Source of the DNA: an uncultured Methanosarcinaceae archaeon
Lineage (GTDB): Archaea > Halobacteriota > Methanosarcinia > Methanosarcinales > Methanosarcinaceae
Assembly: GCA_963847185.1 (NCBI GenBank)
Contig: CAWJYV010000008.1
Span: 352,001-416,000 of the forward strand
Direction: 5' to 3'
DNA: 64,000 nucleotides
Both the position numbers and the translations under genes were made by a program. Under the pieces are notes generated by a model. That model made no database searches. It saw nothing but the letters and a program-made list of their open reading frames with translations, and was not told the DNA's origin. Shown in pieces: positions 10,390-20,879 of this stretch (within the stretch, counting starts at the first letter, position 1; every line of letters begins with the position of its first letter).

Positions 10390-10423
10390 TAAAGCTGATT
10401 TAGCAAAAAGTACGGAGTCTGAG

Positions 10424-10627
10424 ATGAAGAACAATATTAAAGTTTACAGGGCAATCCATGATCTTACGCAGGAAAACCTTGCTGAAAAGGTAGGGGTAAC
10501 AAGGCAAACCATACATGCTATTGAAAAAGGTAAATACGATCCCTCTCTTGAGCTTGCATTCAAACTTTCCAGGCTTTTTGGTGCCCGAATTGAGGATATC
10601 TTCCTCTATAAGGACGGTGAAAATTGA
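10424..10627 (+). CDS. XRE-family HTH transcriptional regulator
   Basis: MKNNIKVYR..LTQENLAEKVGVTRQTIHAIEKGKYDPSLELAFK. Confidence 0.93.
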   Translation: MKNNIKVYRAIHDLTQENLAEKVGVTRQTIHAIEKGKYDPSLELAFKLSRLFGARIEDIFLYKDGEN

Positions 10628-11047
10628 GATACTCTGAGTAAAAAGATTGAACTATTTAGTTTCTAAAGGGTTTACCTTAGAATCTCGAAACTATTTTTAA
10701 CCCAAAATTTCTTTAAAAAAATTTCCTTTATTATATTTTGTCGAGATAAACTTAGCTTTCCTAATTTCCCTAATGCAAATAAACTGTAAGACAAAAGTCA
10801 TATATTTCTTTCTTATTTTCTGAAAAAACAATAATCTGAGAGCTATCAAGACTTCTGGGTGAGTAAGCTAACTTTCTTTGAAGCAAATGCGCCGACGCAT
10901 CATGAAAAACAACTTTTGTTTTTAAATATGTTTATAAGAAATGAGAAGATAGTAATAATCAGCATACGTTTGCTATGTAAAACCTGCGTGTGTCAACAAA
11001 AATTAACATGTAAATATCCAGATAACAAGAAACAAGAGGGAAGAAAT

Positions 11048-11227
11048 ATGATGCAATCTTTTATAGTGGAACATTATCTCAGCAAAGCTATAGATGTTTA
11101 CTGTGGCGGGCCAGATGTTTTTAAGGGAACAGTAGAAGCCTGTGCTGATAATGTCCTTACGCTGAATAATGAAGGGAAGCTTACCCACATAGCTATTGAT
11201 AAAATAATAGCACTCTGGGCTCAATAA
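11048..11227 (+). CDS. MM0924-like small protein (Sm/SH3-like), copy A
   Basis: 59 aa after GAGGG RBS; paralog immediately downstream. Confidence 0.85.
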   Translation: MMQSFIVEHYLSKAIDVYCGGPDVFKGTVEACADNVLTLNNEGKLTHIAIDKIIALWAQ

Positions 11228-11274
11228 TCTAAGGACTTTATATTTCAAGATCGTCACATTAGAGGTATGATAAA

Positions 11275-11451
11275 ATGCAATCTTTTATTGTGGAACACCA
11301 CCTGGGTGAAGTCATAGATGTTTACTGTGGAGGGCCTGATGTTTTTAATGGAAAGGTAGAAGCCTGCGCAGACAACGTGCTTACTCTTGGACAGGACGGA
11401 AAGTACACACATATAGCAATTGATAAAATTATAGCGCTCTGGCGTGCTTAA
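11275..11451 (+). CDS. MM0924-like small protein, copy B (not in ORF track)
   Basis: Manual translation MQSFIVEHHLGEVIDVYCGGPDVFNGKVEACADNVLTLGQDGKYTHIAIDKIIALWRA*; 46/58 identical to copy A; GAGGT RBS. Confidence 0.88.
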   Translation: MQSFIVEHHLGEVIDVYCGGPDVFNGKVEACADNVLTLGQDGKYTHIAIDKIIALWRA

Positions 11452-11598
11452 AATAAAAAAGTTCAAGAGCTTGGAAAAATTTATTGAATAAAAGGCTCTG
11501 TTAGCACAGATAAAACTCTGGGAATACGTGGAAAAGCTGGTGGAAAAGAAGCTTCTTGACTTTCAGCTTTTTCCATCAATTCAAGATAAATATACTTA

Positions 11599-12474
11599 TT
11601 ATGCTATTTTACGGCTTTTTGCATTAGATGCAATAAACTCTCGCATTAATTTTGCTCCCAGCATGGCTGCCTGTCCTGAATCATACTCAGGAGCGATTTC
11701 TACAATATCAAAAGCCATTGAGAAAGGAGCAAGAGTCCTTACTGCAGTTCTTACATCTCTGGCACTCAGACCGAAAGGCTCCGGTGTTCCGAGACCAGGG
11801 GCATAAGAAGGGTCTATGGCATCCATATCAAGAGAAAGATACAGCTGACTGCAGCCCAGCCACTCAACAGCTTCCTTTAGGACTTCAACCATGCCTATGG
11901 ACTCCACATCATCGGCTGTATAATATTTCAGTTTATTTTCCCTGGCAAAAACCCATTCCTCTTCAGGGCCGCTTCTAATTCCTATAGATACCAAATTCTT
12001 CGTAATCTGATTGAGAATATTTCGGGATACACAGGCATGATTATTCTTGAATCCTCTATATTCCTCCCTAAGATCAAAATGGGCATCCAGTACAAGAACT
12101 CCAAAATCATCCCCTGCAAATTCTGCACAGGCTTTTACCATAGCAAACGTCAGGGAATGTTCCCCTCCAAGCATGATAGGGAGTTTTCCATCATTAAGGA
12201 GATCTTTTGCGGCTTCGTAGAGGCTCTGCAAGGTTTCGTCAACCGAAGCTGAGGTTTCCATATTTCCTGCATCGTAAATGGGAATGTCTACAATGTCAAT
12301 GTCGAAAGTAGGGTTGTAACTCTCAAAATTTGCAGAGACCTGCCTCATAGCGTCTGGAGCCCAGCGACTTCCTGCCCGATATGATGAGGTATTGTCAAAA
12401 GGCACACCAAAAATTACATAGCGTGCGGATTCATAATCTGAGAGGGCATCTATAAAAGAATTAGGTAAAAACAT
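11599..12474 (-). CDS. speB: Agmatinase
   Basis: GGEHS, DAHFD, SLDMDAIDP..APGLGTPEPFG ureohydrolase motifs; adjacent to eIF5A. Confidence 0.93.
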   Translation of the reverse strand: MFLPNSFIDALSDYESARYVIFGVPFDNTSSYRAGSRWAPDAMRQVSANFESYNPTFDIDIVDIPIYDAGNMETSASVDETLQSLYEAAKDLLNDGKLPIMLGGEHSLTFAMVKACAEFAGDDFGVLVLDAHFDLREEYRGFKNNHACVSRNILNQITKNLVSIGIRSGPEEEWVFARENKLKYYTADDVESIGMVEVLKEAVEWLGCSQLYLSLDMDAIDPSYAPGLGTPEPFGLSARDVRTAVRTLAPFSMAFDIVEIAPEYDSGQAAMLGAKLMREFIASNAKSRKIA

Positions 12475-12504
12475 AATCCAACCTGCACGTAATATATTTT
12501 TAGT

Positions 12505-12536
12505 AAAAAAAGAGCTCAGGTTGTTGACCTGAGTTT
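12505..12536 (-). terminator. Hairpin plus U-tract after eIF5A
   Basis: CTCAGGT-CAACA-ACCTGAG followed by T-run on minus strand. Confidence 0.6.
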
Positions 12537-12554
12537 TCACTGCTTTGAGGAAAC

Positions 12555-12941
12555 TTACATCCTTATGTCGAGTTTGATCTTGCCGAGGGCTGTAATGTAA
12601 GAAACTTCTTCTCCCTCTTTGACTTTCTCTTTGTACTCCTCAGGAATCATGATTTCAAAGGTTGAGAAGTCTCCCATGTCCATAAGCTGGGCAATGTTCC
12701 CGGTAATAGAGATTATCTGTGCACTCTTTCTTTCCACAATCGGGACGTAGACTTTGTTTGCAACGGAACCTATGTAGGAGCGCTTCTGTCCGTCAAAGAG
12801 GCCGATAGCCTCTACTCTTGCTTTTGCAGCTCCGTGTTTTCCTGGCTTGGACTTGGTAATGCTCTTTATGACGCATGCTTCGTCATCGATGATTAAGTAT
12901 TTCCCTTCTTTTAAGTCTTTTACTTCTACTTGCTGTTTCAT
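12555..12941 (-). CDS. eif5a: Translation factor aIF5A
   Basis: SKPGKHGAAKAR hypusination motif. Confidence 0.97.
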   Translation of the reverse strand: MKQQVEVKDLKEGKYLIIDDEACVIKSITKSKPGKHGAAKARVEAIGLFDGQKRSYIGSVANKVYVPIVERKSAQIISITGNIAQLMDMGDFSTFEIMIPEEYKEKVKEGEEVSYITALGKIKLDIRM

Positions 12942-13396
12942 AACAATTCTCCCATATGTCTTTAAGACATGTAGTATCAATAAGCTGTAAACGCCATACC
13001 GAAATCCCTGATTCCTTTTTCCTGGTTCAAGTCCGGCGGAGCAGTATTAGAAGGCTTTTCTAATTTTTGCCTGTCTCTTCTTTTATCCATACATCGCTTC
13101 TATCGCTCAGTACAGTAAAATCGGAAAGTAATTTCTGGCCTGGATGCCTGCAGACCTATAAAGGTCGAGAATTAATACGATTAATTATCCTACAGTATAT
13201 AACGCTTATGCGAGATTCCACTCTTTCTGGCGAGATTTCAGGGGAAAAGGCCCGAAACGCACAAAAAATATCGTTTATCTATGGAAAACATCCGGGTTTA
13301 GAAGATAAAACATTATACGCTACTTAAATATTTATTTTTCTATCTGGCATATCTTACTGGCTGGGAAAACTTTTTGGCTCCATTAATTCCCTTTTT

Positions 13397-15133
13397 TCAG
13401 CAACTGAGCCCAAGTTCTTTCAGTTTTCCAGATAAAGGTACTCCTTCTCTGTCCCATCCGCGGTAATGATAGTATTCCTGAAGGGCAGTCTCAAACTCTG
13501 TCCTGGAAACTGTGTCTCCTTCGTTTTCTCCATCTCTTTCAAAAAATCTTTCTGGAATAATGTCATCTTTCCGTGCAAAACCTGCCCCAAGGTTATAAAT
13601 TCTCTCCAGATTCCAGATCCTCTCTCCTATTCTCAGGAGTTCAGCAGGCGAGATTTCCATCCCTGCAGCCGAAAGCAAAAGAGCTGAGCATATTTCTTCA
13701 TTAAAAGCAAAAATTGAGAACGGACAGAGCACAAGAGAGTCAAGTACAGAGGTCAGGTTTTCAAAAACCTGAAGAATTCCTGCTTTTCCTTTTAGGCTCA
13801 GGCGATCAAGGCTCAAAGGTTTTCCAAGTATCTCGGGTCCAATCATAAAGGCGGTCAGGTAATCCCCTCCGTGTGAAGATGTAGCATAGGCAAGGGCCTG
13901 CCCCTTTATTCCTCCTGGATCAAAGCCTGCCAGTTCCAGACCTTTTACATCCATACTCAAATCTTCTTTTCCTCTGGCCGAAAGATATTTTCTGGCTCCT
14001 CCTCCCATTTCACTCCCTTCTCCTATTTCCAGGAGCAAAGATTCCAGTTCATCAGGTTCTATTGATCCCCACTTTTGTTCTATTCCTGATTTAAGTTCTG
14101 AGAATGCGCCGAGAACCGAACCTGTCGAAACCGGATCAAGCCCGTAATCCTTACATATCCCGTCGGCGTTGAGTATGGAAGTAAAGTCTGGATTTTCAAG
14201 GTTAAACCCGAATGCCCAGAGAGAATCATAATCAGGTACAATTTGTCCTGTCTCTTTTATTCTCTTTTTGCAGCCCAGAGGACAGCCCGAGCAGCTTTCT
14301 TTTTCAAGCTCAAAACAGGCTTTTATATATTCTCCTGAGAGAAGATCTGCAAAAGGCGTTCCTTTTCCGGTAAAATTTCTGCTGGGTATGAGATTCATAT
14401 AATTCAAAAGCTTCACAAGCACAGGCGTACCGTAGTTTGCAAGCCCTTTGGAAAGTATGGGACTTGCATCGAAAAGCTTCAAAATTTTTGTATTAAGCAC
14501 TTTTAGCCCCTGAGGATTAGAAGGTAACAGTTCTTTTTCTCCTTTTACAACTACGGCTTTCAGCATTTTTGAGCCTGCAACAGCTCCGAGCCCTCCTCTC
14601 CCGCTGTAAACGGAGTCAGTTACAAAAGAGGATATAAGAACCTGTTTCTCTCCAGCCCTGCCTATACAGGCCACGCTTCCCTTTCTTTTGAGAGCTTCAG
14701 TACAGGCTTTAACATTCTTCCCCCAGAGTCCTTCTGCAGGTACAATTTCAGTATTTTCATCCCTGACTTCCACATAAACAGGCCTCTTTGCCTTTCCGGT
14801 AATAACCAGGGCATCAATCCCGGCTTTTTTCAGCTCTCTCCCAAAGCCTCCTTCTATATTCCAGCTAAACACTGTGCCTGTTAGGGGTGATTTCGATGTA
14901 AGCACTGCCCCTGAAGCCATAGGTGCAAAGCCTGAAAGTGGACCTGATGTGAAAATCAGGGGATTGACGGGGCTAAGTGTATCAATATAGGAATCTGTAA
15001 GCTCGGAAAGTAGTTTTACTCCAAGTCCTCTGCCTCCAAGGTAGCTTAGAATTAACTTTTCGTCAGTTTTGGTGACACTGACTGATTCGGCGCCAAGATC
15101 TACATATATTGTTTTTCCTATCGAGCCTGCCAT
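13397..15133 (-). CDS. Aldehyde:ferredoxin oxidoreductase family protein
   Basis: YLGGRGLG, KSPLTG, GRGGLGAVAGSK, CSGCPLGC, DxxGLD, YYHYRGWD motifs. Confidence 0.9.
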   Translation of the reverse strand: MAGSIGKTIYVDLGAESVSVTKTDEKLILSYLGGRGLGVKLLSELTDSYIDTLSPVNPLIFTSGPLSGFAPMASGAVLTSKSPLTGTVFSWNIEGGFGRELKKAGIDALVITGKAKRPVYVEVRDENTEIVPAEGLWGKNVKACTEALKRKGSVACIGRAGEKQVLISSFVTDSVYSGRGGLGAVAGSKMLKAVVVKGEKELLPSNPQGLKVLNTKILKLFDASPILSKGLANYGTPVLVKLLNYMNLIPSRNFTGKGTPFADLLSGEYIKACFELEKESCSGCPLGCKKRIKETGQIVPDYDSLWAFGFNLENPDFTSILNADGICKDYGLDPVSTGSVLGAFSELKSGIEQKWGSIEPDELESLLLEIGEGSEMGGGARKYLSARGKEDLSMDVKGLELAGFDPGGIKGQALAYATSSHGGDYLTAFMIGPEILGKPLSLDRLSLKGKAGILQVFENLTSVLDSLVLCPFSIFAFNEEICSALLLSAAGMEISPAELLRIGERIWNLERIYNLGAGFARKDDIIPERFFERDGENEGDTVSRTEFETALQEYYHYRGWDREGVPLSGKLKELGLSC

Positions 15134-15393
15134 ATTGAATCCTTTATTTTTTCACTTTGATTTCTATATTTTTTTATAACTCTACTTTCTCTACTTCTTT
15201 TTAATTTCTTTTGTATTTTTCTATTGTTATTCCTTTTGTAGCCTATTTTTTATCCCTTGAGTTCCAGGTTTAATTTTAAATATTCTTTTCTGTATGTTAA
15301 GAAGTAAGCGTTAAAAGATGTTTTAAAATGTGCCTTTTTCTCAAGATCTTAAAAGAGCCAGCCTTTAAGACAGGGAAATCTCACATATTATGT

Positions 15394-15831
15394 ATGAATC
15401 TGGAGAAACCTTATATTATTTCTGTATATGCCCTTCTCCGGAACGAGAAAGGCGAATTTTTGCTTCTCAGGCGCTCGGAAAATTCAAAAACTAATCCGGG
15501 CAAATGGGATTTGCCAGGGGGAAAACTGGGTCGTATGGAACCTCTTAAAGAAGCCGTTGTAAGAGAAGTATGGGAGGAAACCGGGATTTCAATCGTTCCC
15601 GGGGACATTGCAGGATATGTAGCCTTTGAACTTCCCGAAAAAAAAGTAGTCGCCATAGTTTATGATGGTGGTTATATCATTGCTGATATAAAATTAAGCT
15701 ATGAGCATATAGAGTATGCATGGATTTCCCTTGAAAGCATTTTGGAAATGAATACTCTGCCTGCTTATTTCAAAGATTTCTTTAAAATATTTGACGTAGA
15801 GAACAAAAAATCTTCAGGGTCAACCATTTAA
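15394..15831 (+). CDS. NUDIX hydrolase
   Basis: Nudix box GGKLGRMEPLKEAVVREVWEETG. Confidence 0.92.
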   Translation: MNLEKPYIISVYALLRNEKGEFLLLRRSENSKTNPGKWDLPGGKLGRMEPLKEAVVREVWEETGISIVPGDIAGYVAFELPEKKVVAIVYDGGYIIADIKLSYEHIEYAWISLESILEMNTLPAYFKDFFKIFDVENKKSSGSTI

Positions 15832-15843
15832 TTCAAATGAAGA

Positions 15844-15878
15844 ATTCGATTCGATTCGATTCGATTCGATTCAATTCA
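15844..15878. repeat. (ATTCG)n microsatellite
   Basis: Five or more tandem ATTCG units between convergent genes. Confidence 0.9.
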
Positions 15879-15936
15879 TGATTTTAGGCTGACATTATCC
15901 TGAAAATTCTTCGTTTCATTTCTTTCCTTTGAATTT

Positions 15937-16662
15937 TTACTTAAGGTATTCATCCTCAAGTTCTTTCCTTTTTTTCCTGCTAAGTCGCCAGCTTACAGAG
16001 AGGAAGACAATAATCGCAACAGCCCCGTAAAGTGCTGTGCGCAGCAGAGGGCTATACTTAGTCAACAGGATAGGATCTATGTTGTCCCTCATCTCGTATT
16101 CAGGATACATGATATCTCCCTTATCGTTGCTGTGATCCAGCCCAAGGGCGTGTCCAAGCTCATGTTTTGCAATTACAAGCATAGTTGCGTCCCCATATTG
16201 TCGCCAGGCTTTGCCCTTATAATTTCCTACTTCAAGAACTATATCTACCCTTCCAAATTTTCCATGGATTGTAGTAGGAAGTGCATAGCCTGCAACTCCT
16301 GAAGGCGCACCCTGGACAGTTTCTAAATTTTCTACCCATATTATCTTTATGTCAGCTTCTTCAGAATCCACAAGCTTAAAAACAGGCTTGTACTTCAGGT
16401 TCCCGTTACCCCCTTCTTCCCAGTATTCAAGAGCCTTTTCGATCTGTCCATAATAGGTAGGACTGTAGTGCTCAGGTACGCTTTTGTTATCTATATATAC
16501 TGTAATAGGAGAATGATCCCATGGATAATCTAAAATTCTTCCTTGGCTTTCTTCGGAAGATGTAAAAATCTGTTGAAATGGTAACTGTGCCATTAAGATC
16601 AGTTCGTTTTCTTCAGAAGCTGTAGAACCTAAAGGTAAAATTAGTACCATCAATAACAGCAC
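15937..16662 (-). CDS. Matrixin-family zinc metalloprotease, membrane anchored (start uncertain)
   Basis: HELGHALGLDH plus Met-turn IMYP; hydrophobic N-terminus; C-terminal TM and basic tail. Confidence 0.9.
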   Translation of the reverse strand: MLLLMVLILPLGSTASEENELILMAQLPFQQIFTSSEESQGRILDYPWDHSPITVYIDNKSVPEHYSPTYYGQIEKALEYWEEGGNGNLKYKPVFKLVDSEEADIKIIWVENLETVQGAPSGVAGYALPTTIHGKFGRVDIVLEVGNYKGKAWRQYGDATMLVIAKHELGHALGLDHSNDKGDIMYPEYEMRDNIDPILLTKYSPLLRTALYGAVAIIVFLSVSWRLSRKKRKELEDEYLK

Positions 16663-16948
16663 AAAGAACAGTTTTATTCCGTTCGTTCCATTCCGATTAA
16701 TGTAAACCAGCCTTCCTTATCACTAATTGTTTAATTCTAAAAACAGATGTAATGGAATCTGTACACTGGATTATTTTTATTATTCTTATTAAATAAAATC
16801 TGTTGCAGGAATGCTCTAATTTATGCACTTTAACTTTAAATAATATTTTTCAAGCAGGACAGAAACATCAAAAAATAAAATTAAGTTTCATAAACTGAAT
16901 TTACAAAACTCAGAAAAACAGAATTAACTTATTTTTGAATTCACCTAT

Positions 16949-17437
16949 TTACTTAAGAGTGGCTTTGGAAATATTGCATACTTCACAGTTCTGATCATAG
17001 CCGTTTTCTTCTTTTTCTATCTCTTCATCTTCACTTTTCTCGTCACCAGGAAACTCGGAAGCAAGAGCTCTTGTACTTTCTGCAAGTACTGCAGCGTTAG
17101 AAATGGATGCTCCTATCATAATGGCATTAAATATGCTCTCTTTCTTGATTCCTCTCCTTTTTGCGATTCTAATATGCATTTTCAGGCAGTGGTCGCAGCG
17201 AAGGGCAGAAGCTACTCCTATTGAAATAAGTTCTACTGTCTCAGGATCGAGGTTTTTAAATTCCCTCATTATAGAGTTGTCATAAAGGGTTTTCGGGATA
17301 AAAATCTCCGGGAGATCTTTCATGAAATTCATAATGTAAGGGACTTCGCCATATTGCTTCCGAACATCCTCCAGAAGTTCAGGAACCGCTCTTTCAGGGT
17401 CCTTTTTCAAAATTTCCACAATATCTTCAAGTTCCAT
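16949..17437 (-). CDS. Carboxymuconolactone decarboxylase/AhpD-family protein
   Basis: ELISIGVASALRCDHCLKMH motif; extra C-terminal CEVC. Confidence 0.88.
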   Translation of the reverse strand: MELEDIVEILKKDPERAVPELLEDVRKQYGEVPYIMNFMKDLPEIFIPKTLYDNSIMREFKNLDPETVELISIGVASALRCDHCLKMHIRIAKRRGIKKESIFNAIMIGASISNAAVLAESTRALASEFPGDEKSEDEEIEKEENGYDQNCEVCNISKATLK

Positions 17438-17581
17438 ACGAAACCACCATCATATCTCTACGTGGAAACTGGAATATGACGCCATTTTTTCCGGGTCAGG
17501 CTTTACAGTTTTAAGGATAAGTGAGAAACACAAACCCAGTAAAAATGTAAAGTAATAATTCTTAACACAACAGAATCCGGG

Positions 17582-18514
17582 TCAAATTGCAAAACCAACG
17601 TCAGACTTAGATTTGATTTTTATCAATATATAATTTTTCATTTTTGACTTGGAAATATTAGCAAGTTCTGAGAGGACAACTCCCTCATCAAATTCGAGCT
17701 TCTCAATTTTTTCGTGGAATTCATCATATGGAAGTTTGACCCTGAGCCCGTCAAGCTGGAGGGTAAGAGGGGCAGGAGAGAGTACAGTACGGATTTCAGG
17801 GACCTGATTTTCTATCTCCTTCATAACTCTTGCGGGAAGTACGGCAAGAGGATCTTTTGCTTGCTGCCTGCGAATGTTGTCAGCAATCTTTCCAATCTCT
17901 TCATTGAGTTTGTCAAGGGCACTAACTTCTTCTGTTTTCCTTAATCTATGAGAGGTTCTTCCGATATTTCCAACGTAAAGATCTGCTCCGGAGACTTCCT
18001 CAGTTTTCAGGTCAGGTCCACCTGTCACCACAATTGGGATTTCGATACCCTCAAAGAGCTTCGGCTTCTTATTGATAATACAGTCACTGAAAGACCCGAA
18101 TGTGAAAACTGCAATATCGTGTTCATTAATAAGTTTCCTTTCGTAGTCCATGGATAGAGACACTCTGCGTCCCATTCCTCTGGCAAGCCCTATCATATTT
18201 GTGTTGGCTCCCGGGTGGCGAAGGTATTCTGCTACATCGCAGGCTGAATGTGGAAGATGATGAGAGGCAAGGGTCGGTGAAACGACTGCAATCTCTACTC
18301 CCGTAAGAGGAGCTTCTATCATGATTCCAAGCAGTTCGTCAGATTGTTTTTTTACTATTTCGATGTCCTTTTCAGGGACAAGCATTATTAGATTAACTTC
18401 CGTGCCGGTAACTACTTTTTGAATTAAGTAGCCCCCCAGGTCTTCCAGCAGTTCGATTAAAAGCCCGTGTTTGTGGACACCGCCTGTGTAAAGATAGGGT
18501 CGGAGTATAGCCAT
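17582..18514 (-). CDS. Methanogenesis marker protein 7
   Basis: GGVHKH..ELLEDLGG, HHLPHSACD motifs; cluster context. Confidence 0.9.
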   Translation of the reverse strand: MAILRPYLYTGGVHKHGLLIELLEDLGGYLIQKVVTGTEVNLIMLVPEKDIEIVKKQSDELLGIMIEAPLTGVEIAVVSPTLASHHLPHSACDVAEYLRHPGANTNMIGLARGMGRRVSLSMDYERKLINEHDIAVFTFGSFSDCIINKKPKLFEGIEIPIVVTGGPDLKTEEVSGADLYVGNIGRTSHRLRKTEEVSALDKLNEEIGKIADNIRRQQAKDPLAVLPARVMKEIENQVPEIRTVLSPAPLTLQLDGLRVKLPYDEFHEKIEKLEFDEGVVLSELANISKSKMKNYILIKIKSKSDVGFAI

Positions 18515-18515
18515 T

Positions 18516-19115
18516 TTATTTTTTCCCTCCTTCTATCAGATCTTCGAGCATTGCCCCTGCCTCTTGAATCCATTCAGGTTTTAATGCTTCCTCAGATGCT
18601 ACAAAAACAAAATTGTTGGATTTGTACAGGTGGTAACGGACCCTGAAACCTTCTGGAGTAACCCTGATTGCAAAATCTACAAGGTTTTCATGAAGTCTGT
18701 GTCTGGGATCTGCAATCATCATTTCTTTAATAAAAACCGCTTCTTCCTCTGGTTTATCTACAGTTACGGCTACAGTCCAGCGGTCAGGCTGGCTGATATT
18801 AGCTTTACCATAACGTTCCCAGAGCTTCCCTAACAGCTCAGGGATATATTGTTCCTTTTTGATCACAATTATTATTTCACCTGCAACCGGCTTTGCTTCC
18901 ACATCCGCAATGTCAATTGTCGTAACCCTGGTGCCTACATCCCTGAGAACAATTGCCATTTGAAAGAGAGAATCTTCAGGCCTCAGCTTTACCTTGATTC
19001 TTCCTATTGCCGGAGCAAGCTTGAGATTTGAAAGGTTGTCCTCGATAATTTTCCTATAAAATTCCTGCTCCGAAGCAATTGCGGACTCGACAACAAAGGT
19101 CTCAAGCGAATCCAT
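18516..19115 (-). CDS. Methanogenesis marker protein 17
   Basis: QPDR and PEGFRVR motifs; cluster context. Confidence 0.88.
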   Translation of the reverse strand: MDSLETFVVESAIASEQEFYRKIIEDNLSNLKLAPAIGRIKVKLRPEDSLFQMAIVLRDVGTRVTTIDIADVEAKPVAGEIIIVIKKEQYIPELLGKLWERYGKANISQPDRWTVAVTVDKPEEEAVFIKEMMIADPRHRLHENLVDFAIRVTPEGFRVRYHLYKSNNFVFVASEEALKPEWIQEAGAMLEDLIEGGKK

Positions 19116-19122
19116 TTCTTCC

Positions 19123-20370
19123 TCACTCCTCTATGAAACCTGAAGCAAGCAGAGCTGCTCCTACCGCCCCTATGAGATGGGAGTTTTCAGGCACAAGGAC
19201 ATCGATTTTAAGGAGTTTTCCCAGAGCTTTTGGAACCCCTTCAATCAGGGAAGATCCGCCCACAAGAATCAGCGGTTCTTTTACGTCCACTTCCTGCAAC
19301 TGCTGCTCGTATATCTGTTCTACCACACTATAACAAGCTGCAGCTGCCACATCTTCAGGTGTAGCTCCTTTGGCAAGAGAATTCACCAGGGACTGGATCC
19401 CGAAAACTATACAGTAACTATTCATGGAGACGTTTTCGTGCATGCCTTTGACTGCCAGAGCTCCGAGCTCGGTAATGTCTACGCCAAGTCGCTTTGAGAT
19501 CATCTCAAAAAAACGTCCTGAGGCTCCGGCGCAGATTCCGCCCATTGTAAACATTCCGGGAATTCCGTCTTGAACCGAGATTGCCTTGTTGTCCATACCA
19601 CCTATATCAATAACTGTTGCAGGGCCTTTCTGTCTGTCTGCAAGGTAGACAGCTCCTTTCGAGTTGACGGTAATTTCTTCCTGGATAAGCTGGGCTTTTA
19701 AATGGTTACCTACGAGGAATCTCCCATATCCGGTTGTGCCCAGAGCTTGAATCTCTTCCCTGGAAACTCCAGCCTCTTTAAGAGCAAGAGAGTATGCTTC
19801 TTCGGCACTTTCGAGGACTTTCGTTGTGGGTACCCATCCCTTGCCTATTATTTTGTTATCCTTCATTATCACTGCTTTTGTAGTCGTTGACCCCGAGTCT
19901 ATTCCTGCAGTCAGTCCTTTTTGGACCTCCCTCGTGAGAAGGTGCCTGCGTCTGACAATTGTGGTCAGAGCTTCCAGACGGGTAAGAAGGGTACCCGCAG
20001 TGGTGCTCTCGGTAAATGAATAGCTAATTACTGGAATAGTGGAGTGCTTATGGATGTACCTTCTAACCTCATTTCGTACGATAGCTCCTTCAGCACAGCG
20101 GAAACAGGTGGTAATAAAAACTCCATCTACACTGGTTGTGCCCTCAACGACAGCTTTCGCCCTTGCCATCATAAGCCTCAGGTCTCCACTTGCAACCTCA
20201 AGCCCGAAATCTCTGCCTATGGTATCTATGGATGCGATGTCAATCTCAGGAAAAACGAATTTTGCATTCACTTTGGCCGCAACTTCCTCAAATTCTGGCT
20301 GAACTCCGGCATATTCAGAGCCGCAGGATACCAGGGCAATCTTGACAAGTCCCGATTCTTCAGCACTCAT
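19123..20370 (-). CDS. Methanogenesis marker protein 15 (BadF-type activase ATPase)
   Basis: [35 protein letters not shown]. Confidence 0.92.
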   Translation of the reverse strand: MSAEESGLVKIALVSCGSEYAGVQPEFEEVAAKVNAKFVFPEIDIASIDTIGRDFGLEVASGDLRLMMARAKAVVEGTTSVDGVFITTCFRCAEGAIVRNEVRRYIHKHSTIPVISYSFTESTTAGTLLTRLEALTTIVRRRHLLTREVQKGLTAGIDSGSTTTKAVIMKDNKIIGKGWVPTTKVLESAEEAYSLALKEAGVSREEIQALGTTGYGRFLVGNHLKAQLIQEEITVNSKGAVYLADRQKGPATVIDIGGMDNKAISVQDGIPGMFTMGGICAGASGRFFEMISKRLGVDITELGALAVKGMHENVSMNSYCIVFGIQSLVNSLAKGATPEDVAAAACYSVVEQIYEQQLQEVDVKEPLILVGGSSLIEGVPKALGKLLKIDVLVPENSHLIGAVGAALLASGFIEE

Positions 20371-20879
20371 TTCTTGTCCTCCTTTTCTGCCTGTTCATTT
20401 TCTTTCGGGTTTTCATCCTCTCCAGGCTTTTCTTTGGGCAACGATTCCAGAAATGCTGCAATTTTATTTACAAAATCACGGGCTTCCTCATCTGACTCCG
20501 GGTATTTTACCTCGAGTACAGGGATACCTTTAGAGCGAACCAGATATTTCATTAGTTCGTTTGTGCGGTTACAGCCCACACAGCCAAAGTTTGTGGGGGG
20601 GTTCTCAACTATAATTGCAGCCTCTGTCTCTTCTATAAGGGGACCTATAAGTGCCATTCTACCCCTTACTCCAGCCGGCACTTCAATTGCAGCGTATTTA
20701 AGACCCAATTTCGGGTCCTCGTGAGTGATGTTTATGGGAGGAGAATCCAGGCTGATATTTGTAACTTTTTCTCGTACCTGGTTCATCATAGTAAGGGGTT
20801 TATGTCCAAAACGCTCAACCAGGTCAGAAAGAATAAGACTGTTTATAGGGTAAATGAAAACCTTTGCCAAAAAACTCAC
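20367..20879 (-). CDS. Methanogenesis marker protein 5
   Basis: [30 protein letters not shown]. Confidence 0.92.
   Translation of the reverse strand: MSFLAKVFIYPINSLILSDLVERFGHKPLTMMNQVREKVTNISLDSPPINITHEDPKLGLKYAAIEVPAGVRGRMALIGPLIEETEAAIIVENPPTNFGCVGCNRTNELMKYLVRSKGIPVLEVKYPESDEEARDFVNKIAAFLESLPKEKPGEDENPKENEQAEKEDKK

Noticed and set aside
13021-13040. tRNA-like T-arm CCTGGTTCAAGTCCGG
   Set aside because: No acceptor, D or anticodon arm can be built around it
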